Part shown: in pieces, positions 18,424-28,382 of the stretch
Layout: the number at the start of each line of letters is the position of its first letter
How positions within the stretch are numbered: position 1 is the stretch's first letter
Assembly (NCBI RefSeq): GCF_000341395.1
Contig: NC_020304.1
Span: 1,110,001 to 1,142,000, forward strand
Reading direction: 5' to 3'
DNA from: Desulfocapsa sulfexigens DSM 10523
GTDB lineage: Bacteria > Desulfobacterota > Desulfobulbia > Desulfobulbales > Desulfocapsaceae
DNA length: 32,000 bases
Notes under the pieces: model-generated
Told to the model about the DNA's origin: nothing
The model's database searches: none
The model's input: the letters and a program-made list of their open reading frames with translations, nothing else
Position numbers and translations under genes: made by a program

Positions 18424-20559
18424 ATGAAAAAATTCTCTTTACATTTTTTTATTCTGACATTCTTTGCGCTTAGTTCCATATGTCATGGCACAGAGTCAGA
18501 GTTATCTCCTGTCAGGATTATAGTTATTGACAGCTACCACCCTGCATACCAATGGTCCCAGGATGTGAGCCATGGATTATGTGATGCACTCCTGGCTTTT
18601 GGATACCTTGACAATAAGGAGCAAGTTGAAGCGTTTAATAGCAAGGATTATGTTGAAAGTTCCAAGCTTGTTATCTCACGCTTCTGGATGGACACCAAAA
18701 GAAAATCAAGCAAAGAGGAACAGTTTAATACTGCCAAAGAATTCACTAAATTAATAAAGAGATTTAAGCCAGACCTGATTTTACTCGGGGATGATAATGC
18801 GACAAACTACGTTGGAAATCAATTTCTGGACACGGACATTCCAATTGTTTTCTGGGGGGTAAATAATACACCGGTAAAATATGGGCTGGTAGACTGCCTG
18901 GAGAAACCAGGGCATAATGTTACAGGTGTATACCAGAGAACATATTACAAAGAGAGCCTTGAGTTACTCAAAAAAATAGTTCCACATATCAAAACATTCG
19001 TCGTTCTTTCCGATGATACAACCACTGGTAGGATTCACAACAAGGCCATTGAGCATCTTGATCGCAAGGGAGATCTTCCTGTAAAGCTTGCAGGTGTCGT
19101 TGCCACTAATGACTATGAAGTATGGAAAAATAGGGCCCTGGAGTTACAAGATACTGTTGATGCATTCTTTATTGCTTCCTCAAACGGCTTAAAAGATACA
19201 AAGGGCACAGTAGTGAGCAACGAAGAAGTTGCGATATGGTATCTGAAGAACATTACCATTCCGGAAGCATCCGGATTTCGATACAGGACTGAAGCAGGCT
19301 GGCTGTGTTCTGCCGATGATTCCGGTTATAATCAGGGATATGAAGCTGTAAGTATTGCCCATGACATCCTGGCAATGGGTTTTCAGACCGCGTCCTATCC
19401 TCCACGAACCCCGAAGAGGGGGCCCCTTATGGTAAACAGGCAGCGGGCTCAGATGCTTGGTATAACGCTCACCAAGGAAATGGGTATTGAAGAATACATT
19501 GAAGAGGCCTCAGTGTTAAACAGCCCAAAAATTATTGCACAGGATAATAAGAAAATTCTTATTATTGATAGCTACCACAAGGAGTATGACTGGACGATCA
19601 GTATGACAGAAGGACTGAATTCAGGAATGCTCGAATTAGGTTTTTTTGACAACGAAGGGCAGGTGGCAGATTTTAACAGGAATGATGTTGTGAACACATC
19701 GAGATTTACGATCAAAAAATTGTGGCTGGATAGCAAGAGACATAGTTCTGATGGTGAAATTGAAGTGAAGAGCCTTGAGTTTTATAAACAGGCAAAACTG
19801 TTTAAACCCGACCTCATTTTTCTTAACGATGATAATGCTGCTAAATATCTCGGCCCAAAATTCCTGGATTCTTCTGTCCCTGTTATCTTCAGCGGTCTTA
19901 ACAATACCCCTGTAAAATATGGATTAGTTGACAATAAAGAAAAGCCTGGTCATAACGTTACAGGAGTCTATCAGAGTGGATACTTTTTGGAAGGCTTTGA
20001 TCTGTTGCAACGCATTGCTCCTGCAATCAAATCCTTTGCTATCCTGTCGGATGGATCAACCACATCAAGAAACTACACCAAGGCCATCGAACATCTCGTT
20101 CAGAAAAAAGATCTCTCCTTAAATCTTATTGAGACAGTGGTCACCAGTGATTATGCAACTTGGCAGTCCAGGGCTCTTGAACTCCAGGAAAAAGCAGATG
20201 CATTTTTTTTATCACATTTTTCTTCGCTTCGGGATAAAGCCGGCAAGAATGTTTCAACAGATGAGGTCGTTAAATGGTATATGACGAACATTACTATTCC
20301 CGAAACCGTGGGACCTGGTTTTTCCATAGAGAAAGGTTTTCTCTGTGCAGTTTTGGATTCTGGCTATAACCAGGCATATCTGGCCGCGCATATTGCTTTT
20401 GATGTACTTGTCGATGGCCTTGACCCAGCGACCTATAAACCCCGGACACCCGAGCGAGGACCCAAAATAGCCAACCGGAAGCGAGCTGAAATTCTTGGGA
20501 TTATGCTTACTGATGAAATGGGTATTGATCGAATTTATGAAACCTCTGTATTGGATTGA
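18424..20559 (+). CDS. secreted protein made of two tandem ABC-type substrate-binding (PF04392-like) modules
   Basis: The signal peptide is FFALSSICHG. Two ~340-aa repeats (~18511-19520 and ~19549-20556) are about half identical by eye: IDSYH..Y.W, KPDLI.L.DDNA..Y.G..FLD...P..F.G.NNTPVKYGLVD..EKPGHNVTGVYQ, KAIEHL, SGYNQ.Y, PRTP.RGP. The NVTGV and IP.VF motifs are typical of that binding-protein family. Confidence 0.85.
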   Translation: MKKFSLHFFILTFFALSSICHGTESELSPVRIIVIDSYHPAYQWSQDVSHGLCDALLAFGYLDNKEQVEAFNSKDYVESSKLVISRFWMDTKRKSSKEEQFNTAKEFTKLIKRFKPDLILLGDDNATNYVGNQFLDTDIPIVFWGVNNTPVKYGLVDCLEKPGHNVTGVYQRTYYKESLELLKKIVPHIKTFVVLSDDTTTGRIHNKAIEHLDRKGDLPVKLAGVVATNDYEVWKNRALELQDTVDAFFIASSNGLKDTKGTVVSNEEVAIWYLKNITIPEASGFRYRTEAGWLCSADDSGYNQGYEAVSIAHDILAMGFQTASYPPRTPKRGPLMVNRQRAQMLGITLTKEMGIEEYIEEASVLNSPKIIAQDNKKILIIDSYHKEYDWTISMTEGLNSGMLELGFFDNEGQVADFNRNDVVNTSRFTIKKLWLDSKRHSSDGEIEVKSLEFYKQAKLFKPDLIFLNDDNAAKYLGPKFLDSSVPVIFSGLNNTPVKYGLVDNKEKPGHNVTGVYQSGYFLEGFDLLQRIAPAIKSFAILSDGSTTSRNYTKAIEHLVQKKDLSLNLIETVVTSDYATWQSRALELQEKADAFFLSHFSSLRDKAGKNVSTDEVVKWYMTNITIPETVGPGFSIEKGFLCAVLDSGYNQAYLAAHIAFDVLVDGLDPATYKPRTPERGPKIANRKRAEILGIMLTDEMGIDRIYETSVLD

Positions 20560-23171
20560 CGGGAATGCTCGAAACAAAAAAATACGGTTTATCAATCTCG
20601 CACCGACTTCTTATTGCATTTCTTTCAATATTTATCATTGGCTGCAGTGCTTTAACAATCACCTACTATCTCTTCAGCCGCAATTCCATTTCCCGCTATG
20701 CCAATGAAGCAGTCATTCGGGAATTAGAGTCCATCAACGACACCTTCCGCAACACAATCCAGAAAACATTGATCCGTGAGCTAAGACTCCTATCGGCAAA
20801 CCCTCTACTTGATGAGTTTCTCATTTCCTCTGAAAGTACTCGGGATATCAATGCACGGGCACTTGAAAGGCTTTTTTTACAAGAAATTAAATATGTTAAA
20901 GAAATAGAAAAAATTCGCTTTGTTGATAGCCGGGGAATGGAAAGAGTTGCAGTGAGTAAGCAAGGACGAATCAGGGAATATCGATCTTTACGGGAAGAAC
21001 CTTTCTTTTTGGAGATTGAAGCATCCCCACCCGGGAGCATAACTCAAACCAATCTCTTTCCTGACTCCAACGACAACAAACTTTTTTCAATCGCTATTCA
21101 TAAAACGGACCCGGATATTGGCGAATTTGGTGGAGCAATCATAGTTGATTACAATTTGGCAGAGTTCTTCGCTTTTGCCAAAAAAATAATGATTTTTGAG
21201 GAAAATCCTGTCTGGATTTTTTCCCCATCAGGTTTGGTCCTCACCAAACCATCCAATCCGCTACAGCTCGACCCACGTCCCTTCACAAACCATGCTTCTT
21301 CCAAGAACATCACTATTTATGGTCTTCATGGTGGTCTCGTTGCCACCAGTGACCTGGCAATCATAAATGACTCTCCACTGATGCAAGTGTGTATCAGTAT
21401 ACCTGAGAAGCTCCTTTATCAGGACATTCAACAGGTTCTCCGTTTTCTGGCTATTGTTTTTGCTGTTTCCCTTTTCCTCCTTGTTATTGCCGTCTTTTTT
21501 GTATCCAGATATCTCTCCTCTCCCCTGATCATGTTGGCTAATGCAGTCCAGAAACTTGCCAAGGAAAGTTTTTCAAAAAAAATTGATATTCATGCTACGG
21601 GCGAAGTTGGTTTTCTTGTCGATAGTTTCAACAACATGGCAAATGATCTGAGAAAAACAACCGTTTCAAAGGAATATGTGGACAGGATATTTCAGGCAAT
21701 GACCAATTCACTCATCGTTCTGGACTCAGAGGGATTCATAGAATCGGTAAATAGTGCAACATTATCGCTGTTGGGTTACGAGACAAACGAACTCATTGGC
21801 CAACCATTCTCAATTATCACCACAGGTACATTTTTTACTGAAATACATAAATTGGCCACTATCAACAAACAAGAAACGTCATACTTTGCAAAAAATGGTC
21901 ATGAATTTCCCATGCTGTTTTCATCAAGTAAAATGTACACCAACCAAGGGCAATTCCAGGCTTTTGTCTGCCAGGCTATTGACCTTTCTGACAAAAAACA
22001 GGCCGAACAGGAAAAAAAGCTACTTGAAGTCCAACTCCGTCAGTCCCATAAAATGGAGGCGATAGGCACACTCGCTGGCGGGATAGCCCATGATTTTAAC
22101 AATATTCTTATGGGAATCATCGGGTACGCCGAGCTTGCAGAACTCAGTAACGTTCAGGGAAAGCCAGCTGTTGAAGAAATACGGGGGATAATAAAGGGCG
22201 GAATGCGAGCCCGGGATCTAGTGCAACAGATCCTTTCATTCAGCCGTAAAGATGAACATAAAGTTGGACCACTTATTCCATCCCCCATCGTCAAAGAAGC
22301 TTTGAAGCTGCTCCGCTCGACAATTCCCAGCAGTATTGAAATCAGGGAAGAAATTGATTCAGAAATTGGTGCAGTTTTAGCCGATCCGATGAAAATCCAT
22401 CAAGTCGTGATGAATTTATGTACGAATGCTGTCCAGGCAATGGAAACAGGTAAAGGAACAATTACGATCATTCTGAGACAGCTTGAATTGAATGAAGAAG
22501 AGTTACTTGGTGAACCGGATGCTCAACCTGGCCTATATGTTGAACTCTCTGTAAATGACACAGGTAAAGGCATTGATCCTGCCATACAGGAACGCATTTT
22601 TGACCCCTTTTTTACTACAAAAAATGTGGGCAGCGGCACGGGTATGGGATTAGCTGTTGTGCATGGTATCGTCAAGGAATATGGTGGCTTGATTCGTATT
22701 ACAAGCAATCCTGAAACTGGCACCTCTTTCCATGTATATATTCCTGTTATTGATGATGAGGAAGGACCTCCAGTTGAAGATACAAAAACGGATCTGCCCG
22801 GTGGGTCTGAACGAATTTTAATCGTCGATGATGAAATGATCGTTCTGGAGATTATGCAAAAGCGTTTAGAATACCTGGGCTATGAGGTGACCGCCTGCAA
22901 TAATGGCCTTGATGCTGTCAGAATGCTGGAAGAAAAGCCAAATGCTTTCGATCTTATTATTACGGACCAGACAATGCCGCACATGCTCGGCACAGAGATG
23001 GTGAGCAAAATGCTTACAATCAGACCAGAAATACCTGTAATTTTATGTTCTGGTTACAGTACCTCTGTTTCCGAGGAAACCAGTAAAAACCTCGGCATTA
23101 AGCTCTATCTTCAAAAACCTGTCGAATTCGAAGTGCTCTCTAAAAGCATTCGCTCTGTTCTCCATTCCTAA
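20556..23171 (+). CDS. hybrid sensor histidine kinase (TM - Cache-like periplasmic domain - TM - HAMP - PAS - HisKA - HATPase_c - REC)
   Basis: The track start is TTG at 20556, overlapping the upstream stop. The ATG at 20565 (MLETKKYG...) is the more likely start. The H-box is RQSHKMEAIGTLAGGIAHDFNNIL and the G-boxes are DTGKGID and GTGMGLA. The REC is ILIVDDE...LIITDQTMPHMLG...KP. Confidence 0.9.
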   Translation: MTGMLETKKYGLSISHRLLIAFLSIFIIGCSALTITYYLFSRNSISRYANEAVIRELESINDTFRNTIQKTLIRELRLLSANPLLDEFLISSESTRDINARALERLFLQEIKYVKEIEKIRFVDSRGMERVAVSKQGRIREYRSLREEPFFLEIEASPPGSITQTNLFPDSNDNKLFSIAIHKTDPDIGEFGGAIIVDYNLAEFFAFAKKIMIFEENPVWIFSPSGLVLTKPSNPLQLDPRPFTNHASSKNITIYGLHGGLVATSDLAIINDSPLMQVCISIPEKLLYQDIQQVLRFLAIVFAVSLFLLVIAVFFVSRYLSSPLIMLANAVQKLAKESFSKKIDIHATGEVGFLVDSFNNMANDLRKTTVSKEYVDRIFQAMTNSLIVLDSEGFIESVNSATLSLLGYETNELIGQPFSIITTGTFFTEIHKLATINKQETSYFAKNGHEFPMLFSSSKMYTNQGQFQAFVCQAIDLSDKKQAEQEKKLLEVQLRQSHKMEAIGTLAGGIAHDFNNILMGIIGYAELAELSNVQGKPAVEEIRGIIKGGMRARDLVQQILSFSRKDEHKVGPLIPSPIVKEALKLLRSTIPSSIEIREEIDSEIGAVLADPMKIHQVVMNLCTNAVQAMETGKGTITIILRQLELNEEELLGEPDAQPGLYVELSVNDTGKGIDPAIQERIFDPFFTTKNVGSGTGMGLAVVHGIVKEYGGLIRITSNPETGTSFHVYIPVIDDEEGPPVEDTKTDLPGGSERILIVDDEMIVLEIMQKRLEYLGYEVTACNNGLDAVRMLEEKPNAFDLIITDQTMPHMLGTEMVSKMLTIRPEIPVILCSGYSTSVSEETSKNLGIKLYLQKPVEFEVLSKSIRSVLHS

Positions 23172-23231
23172 GTACTCACCTGACTGGCTTTGATCTTTCT
23201 TAATTCCCCCTAAAAGGAATAAACATGATCA

Positions 23232-25136
23232 TCACTGAAGAATTTGTTCTGGAACATTTTTTACGTCCGCTTTGGGAAAGAAAACGTCAAAAACACTTCC
23301 TCTTCCTTTTTGGCTTTCAACCTGTATGAAACCATCATGATCTTTGACAATACCATGAACCACAACCAAACCCATTCCTGACCCTTTACCGATTTCTCTG
23401 GTCGTGAAATAGGGATCAAATATTCTACCGATAAGCTCTTGAGGAATACCTGTTCCCGTGTCGCTGACTGAGAGTTTGATGTACATACCAGGAGGATGCG
23501 GCACAGGCTCATTTTTCAAATCTTCTTGTGTCAACTCGACTGTATGAAGAGCTATTTTAAGCGTCCCCTCTTCTCCCTGCATCGCATCTGAGGCATTGGA
23601 GCAAATATTCATCATCAGCTGATGAATCGCCATTGAATCGCCAATAATCTGTCCACAATTTTCGTCAATATCAGAAGTAATCTCAACGGTTCTTGGAATA
23701 ACAGAACGTTGAAATATAATCTCTTTTTCTACAAGGGAAACAATGTCAATCGGGACATGATCTTGAAGAAATCGAGACATACGACTATACGTAAGAATCT
23801 GATGCGTAAGTTCTTTTGCACGGAGACCCGCAATGAGAATTTGCTCAATGTGTGCTTTCGCAGGGCTTGAAGCTGGTATATCATCCTGCGCTAACTCAGC
23901 ATACCCGATAACCGTTGCCAGAATATTGTTAAAATCATGTGCAATACCGCCTGCCATTGTACCAATAGCTTCCATTTTATAGGTTTGTTTTAGGCGTACT
24001 TCCATTTCTCTACGTGCAGTGATATCACGGGCAATCCCTATTACTCCAACAAGTGAGCCGTTACTATCGTACATAGGCGTTTTAATCGTTTCCAGAAGTT
24101 CTCTGTGGCCGTCATCTGCAAAGGTTATTTCCTCTTCGTTTACACTGGGTCCGCCTACAGCCATAGCTGCCTTGTCTTTTTCCCGAAAAAAATCAGCCAA
24201 CTCCCTGCTGACAAAGTCATAATCCGTTTTCCCTACAATCTCAGATTCTTTTGCTCCAAAAAAACGTTCAAACTTCGGATTACAGGCCAGATAAACACCA
24301 TCGGGATCCTTCAGCCAAACGAGATCTGGCAATGTCTCAATCAGCGTACGGAGATGGGTTGAACTTTTCTGTAGTGCCTGCTGAGCTGTTTCTGTCTGTT
24401 TTTTCTGAGAAATAATGGTATCGAGCATCTTATTAAGCGTTTGGCCAAGTTGCCCGATTTCGTCATAGCGTGTAAAAGATATACGTTCCTCTTCATGTCC
24501 TTTAGCAATTTTACTTGATACCCTGACCAGGTGTTGTATGCCGGAGGTAAGTCCTCTAGCCATTATCAAGGCAAAGATGGACCCGACAACAATTGCAAAA
24601 AGAGTATAATAAATGCCATCCCGAGTTATAACCTGTAGCCCGTCATTTATTTTTTTCTGCGAAATAGCAACCCTCGCCCAGCCGATAAGCTGCTCATTGG
24701 CAAATATTGGACTGCCGATATCAACAAGTGCTTTATCAGTTATCAAGAACTGAGAAGACGGAGCGGCATCAATAAGAGTACAACTGATGGGATCTTCAAT
24801 ATAGAGACCTACCTTTGAGCGATCACTATGACCAAGTACCCTGCCGTCAGGTGAGAGAATCATAGCATAAAGGAGATCAGGAAATTGTGATTGGGAGTTA
24901 ACCACCTCTTCAAGGCCGATGACATCATTTGCCAGAATCCAGGAAACAGCATTGCTGGCAAGTGTTTGAGACAGGCTGAGTGTGTTACTTATACTTTGCT
25001 CATGCAAAAAAGTTCTCTGCCTGCTCACCAGATCGTACACGAAAATAGTCATAAGAACGGCATGTACCAGTGCTATCCCTAACAGTAATTGTCTTCGTAT
25101 TGAGCGATTCCATATTTTGCCTACCAGGTTGGACAT
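23232..25136 (-). CDS. sensor histidine kinase (TM - single Cache-like domain - TM - HAMP - PAS - HisKA - HATPase_c), no receiver
   Basis: The 634-aa product has the H-box KQTYKMEAIGTMAGGIAHDFNNIL, plus DTGTGIP and GSGMGLV. Its start lies 15 nt after the stop of the upstream binding-protein gene. Confidence 0.9.
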   Translation of the reverse strand: MSNLVGKIWNRSIRRQLLLGIALVHAVLMTIFVYDLVSRQRTFLHEQSISNTLSLSQTLASNAVSWILANDVIGLEEVVNSQSQFPDLLYAMILSPDGRVLGHSDRSKVGLYIEDPISCTLIDAAPSSQFLITDKALVDIGSPIFANEQLIGWARVAISQKKINDGLQVITRDGIYYTLFAIVVGSIFALIMARGLTSGIQHLVRVSSKIAKGHEEERISFTRYDEIGQLGQTLNKMLDTIISQKKQTETAQQALQKSSTHLRTLIETLPDLVWLKDPDGVYLACNPKFERFFGAKESEIVGKTDYDFVSRELADFFREKDKAAMAVGGPSVNEEEITFADDGHRELLETIKTPMYDSNGSLVGVIGIARDITARREMEVRLKQTYKMEAIGTMAGGIAHDFNNILATVIGYAELAQDDIPASSPAKAHIEQILIAGLRAKELTHQILTYSRMSRFLQDHVPIDIVSLVEKEIIFQRSVIPRTVEITSDIDENCGQIIGDSMAIHQLMMNICSNASDAMQGEEGTLKIALHTVELTQEDLKNEPVPHPPGMYIKLSVSDTGTGIPQELIGRIFDPYFTTREIGKGSGMGLVVVHGIVKDHDGFIQVESQKGRGSVFDVFFPKADVKNVPEQILQ

Positions 25137-25151
25137 ATTATTTCTCTTTAC

Positions 25152-26087
25152 TCAGTGTTCAATGGGGCGAACTTTCCTGTTGAAATCATGAAGAAATTCT
25201 ACGACTGGGGCATATGTTTCATTATCAGCCTGCTCAAATCGTGAAAGTTCCATCCGGCTCAACCATTTCCTGCCCTGTTCATGGGTATGAAGAGAAAACA
25301 ATATGCTGGCAACCTGATTGACTATTTCCTCAGGAACATCATTTCGAACAACCAACCCGTTATTTGGCAGGGGGGATGTTGACCATTTCACAACAAGTGC
25401 TTCAGCCAACTCTGGCCTCTCCTTTGAGAAGGCTTTCCATGGCGGTGGCCAGGTAGAACCTGCAGCAACATTGCCCAGGTAGACATTCATAATAGATGAC
25501 TCCTGAGATCCCACGTATTGAATATCAATGTCATTCATGACATCAATACCATGCGTTTGCATAAAAAATTGAGGCATCATTGTTGCCGCCAGAGCAGTTG
25601 GGGCCGGGAAGCTGACGGCCTTGCCTTTCAGATCAGTTACTTCGGAAATTTCTGAATCCTTCCGGGTAAGGATAATTCCACGAAAATTTTCATCATCTCC
25701 CATTTTTCCAAAGACTGTATACCCATGTTTGAGCGAGTTCACAGTTTGATAGGGATTTGGCAGGCCAAAATGAAAGTGTCCAGCATAGAGCTTTTCATTA
25801 TAGGCAGCATAATTACGGGAGGCTTCAACCGTAAATGTAGCGCCAGGGATTTGTTACGTTAGATAATCTGTGATAGGAGAAAAAATTTCGTGCAATCTTT
25901 TGGGATTATGGAGTGGATGTACCCCAAGGATATATTCATTTATGACTCGTGGCGGCTGCTTACTGAAACTTGGAGAATATTCATTTTGTGGATTATTGTT
26001 GCAGCCAGTTATCAGAAGCGTCAATATTCCTATGACGAAGAACAAAAAGGAGTTTCCAGGCATAACGCCAGTTAGGTTGAACCGCAT
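25152..26087 (-). pseudogene. PhnD-like (phosphonate/phosphite-type) ABC substrate-binding lipoprotein interrupted by an in-frame TAA
   Basis: Track ORFs 25854-26087 and 25152-25742 are in the same frame. Reading through the TAA at 25854-25856 gives ...LGVHPLHNPKRLHEIFSPITDYLT*QIPGATFTVEASRNYAAYNEKLYAGHFHFGLPNPYQTVNSLKHGYTVFGKM..., a continuous 311-codon binding-protein-like sequence with the lipobox LLITGC. Confidence 0.75.
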
Positions 26088-26105
26088 GAGCTCCTCTACT
26101 ATACC

Positions 26106-28382
26106 TTACAGGATTTGTTTCTTTGCCTTTTTGTCCAGTACTTCCCTGACTGCTATTGCCAAATCCTTCTTAAGGAGTGGTTTCATTAAATATTGGCAGA
26201 TCCCTGCATCTTTAGCTTTTTTCTCGTTAATCAACTCACTAAAACCAGTACACAGAATTACTGGCATATCTGACCTGAGAGCAAGAACTTCTCTTGTTAA
26301 CTGCAAACCGGTAATTCCTGGCATAGTCATGTCGGTAATGATCAAGTCAAAAGCATTGGGATGTGAACGGAACTCATTGAGGGCCTCCTCACAACGATTA
26401 AAGGCACTGACCTGATATCCAAAACTTTTAAGCATTTGTTCTTCCATTTTCACTATGGCTTCATCATCGTCTACTATTAAAACATGCTCATCACCAGAGG
26501 GCAGTTGTCTGGTTATAGCAGCTTGCAATACCTTTTTAGCTTCTGTATCAACCATTGGGATATAAACACGGAAGGTCGTTCCCTCTCCCAGAGAACTATA
26601 GACGGTGATATCACCATGAAGACTTTTAACAATACCATGCACCACAGATAATCCTAAACCTGTTCCTTCTTTTTTGCCCTTTGTCGTGTAATAGGGGTCA
26701 AATATTTTTTCGAGAACCATTTTATCCATGCCACACCCAGTATCACTCACTTCAAACTTCACATATATACCTGCGGTGAGATGCATTTTAGTCGTCAAGT
26801 CATCTGAACCAAGCTCAACTGGAGTCACACTTACCCCTAATACTCCCCCCGTCTCACGCATGGCATGGTAGGCATTGGTGCAAAGATTCATGATTATTTG
26901 ATGAATTTGTGTAGGGTCGGCCAACACAGCGCCACACTCAGGATCAATATTTTCTTTAACTTCTATGGTGCTTGGAATGGAGGAGCGCAACAATTTAAGC
27001 GCCTCTTTGACAAGTAATTGGGGCCTCAATGGTTGAAGTTCCTGTTCTGCCTGACGGCTGAAGGAAAGAATTTGTTTGACTAACTCCTTGGCACGGTTCC
27101 CTGCATTCAGTACCTGCTGGAGATCAGAAGCAGCCCGACTATCCGGGGCCAAATCCCCAATAGTGATTTCAGTATAACCTATAATGGCTGTAAGAATGTT
27201 ATTAAAGTCGTGTGCAATTCCACCGGCCAGTGTACCGATTGCTTCCATCTTTTGCGTCTGTCGTAATTGTGCTTCCAGTGTTCTCCTTTGCTCTATGTTA
27301 TGACGTTGGACTATAATTTTTTGTAACTCGTTTGCTACTATCTGAAGCGTTTTCACATCGCTTTCATCATAATTCTGGGACTTATTCCCAACACCAAAGA
27401 CCAATCGAACCTGATCCTCTTCCAGTACAGGAACACTCATATGTCGGGTCAAATGAGAATGCCCCTCGGGATATCCTTTTTTGTCAGGATGACTCTGATA
27501 GGTATTATGGATAACCAGTTTTTTCTGGCGGATACTGTCTGCCCAAATACCGCCCTTTACAATAGGGTGATGGTTGTCAGGTACAGTGGTACACTCCTTG
27601 AGAGCTTCCTTATTCCACAGGGTGAGCGTAATAGTCTGCTGATCCTCATTGATTACGTGCAAATACCCAATTTTACTGTCCGTGAGTTTTACTGCCTCAT
27701 CCATCACATATTCATACACTTCACTGTCATTCAGCACATTGGACTTCAGATACAGATCAAGGAGAAACTGTGAGCGAGCCGTTTCCCGTTTTAATAATTC
27801 CTCCGATTGATCCCAGCTGCCCATCTTTCCAAGATGCTGTGCCTCTTTAAGCCCATTCTCGCTTTTCAGTAATGCTTTTTCTTTTTTCTTTCGCTCCCCT
27901 ATCTCCTTCTGAAGAAGTGTGTTCGCTTCTATTAATTTTTTCGTCCGTTCGTCGATAATGTGTTCCTGCTCTCTGTTAAGTTTCTGTATGGTATTGAAGC
28001 GCCATAGTAAAAGAGAGACAGTAATAGTTACGAGTAAAACCGCACTGGCAACGGTCAGTCTTCTGATACTCAGAAAGGGTTCAGGCTCGCCATACCATTT
28101 CCCATAAATCTTCTTATACTCTGGTGAACGAAGGAATTCATTTACAGCCGGGTTCAACCTGGCAAGAAGCTTATCACCTTTGCGCACCCTGATAGCCCGC
28201 TTTATTTCAGCAAGGTTCTCACCAACTATTTTTATATTGCCATCTATTCCTGCATCCCTGGCTAATTTCAGCGCTACTGGTTTAGGATAAATAAATGCAT
28301 CCACTTTTCCGGCCAACAGATCAAAAAAAGCGGTTGAAATTTCATTATAAACCACTCCCGTTATATTTTTTTTGCCCATCAA
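26106..28382 (-). CDS. hybrid sensor histidine kinase, main ORF (C-terminal half of a family-3 binding domain - TM - coiled coil - GAF - HisKA - HATPase_c - REC)
   Basis: The H-box is RQTQKMEAIGTLAGGIAHDFNNIL, with DTGCGMD and GTGLGLS, and the REC is VLIVDDD...LIITDMTMPGITG...KP. The N-terminus (ITGVVYNEISTAFFDLLAGKVDAFIYP...KIYGKWYG) is the second lobe of an SBP_bac_3-type domain. The ORF is therefore 5'-truncated by a frameshift. Confidence 0.9.
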   Translation of the reverse strand: MMGKKNITGVVYNEISTAFFDLLAGKVDAFIYPKPVALKLARDAGIDGNIKIVGENLAEIKRAIRVRKGDKLLARLNPAVNEFLRSPEYKKIYGKWYGEPEPFLSIRRLTVASAVLLVTITVSLLLWRFNTIQKLNREQEHIIDERTKKLIEANTLLQKEIGERKKKEKALLKSENGLKEAQHLGKMGSWDQSEELLKRETARSQFLLDLYLKSNVLNDSEVYEYVMDEAVKLTDSKIGYLHVINEDQQTITLTLWNKEALKECTTVPDNHHPIVKGGIWADSIRQKKLVIHNTYQSHPDKKGYPEGHSHLTRHMSVPVLEEDQVRLVFGVGNKSQNYDESDVKTLQIVANELQKIIVQRHNIEQRRTLEAQLRQTQKMEAIGTLAGGIAHDFNNILTAIIGYTEITIGDLAPDSRAASDLQQVLNAGNRAKELVKQILSFSRQAEQELQPLRPQLLVKEALKLLRSSIPSTIEVKENIDPECGAVLADPTQIHQIIMNLCTNAYHAMRETGGVLGVSVTPVELGSDDLTTKMHLTAGIYVKFEVSDTGCGMDKMVLEKIFDPYYTTKGKKEGTGLGLSVVHGIVKSLHGDITVYSSLGEGTTFRVYIPMVDTEAKKVLQAAITRQLPSGDEHVLIVDDDEAIVKMEEQMLKSFGYQVSAFNRCEEALNEFRSHPNAFDLIITDMTMPGITGLQLTREVLALRSDMPVILCTGFSELINEKKAKDAGICQYLMKPLLKKDLAIAVREVLDKKAKKQIL

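Noticed and set aside
25854-25856. In-frame stop in the PhnD-like gene as programmed recoding (selenocysteine or pyrrolysine)
   Set aside because: The codon is TAA, not TGA or TAG, and I saw no SECIS-like hairpin immediately downstream. A nonsense mutation or an error is the simpler explanation.
25870-26415. 181-aa plus-strand ORF
   Set aside because: It is antisense to the binding-protein gene start and the receiver domain of the upstream kinase. This is a shadow ORF.
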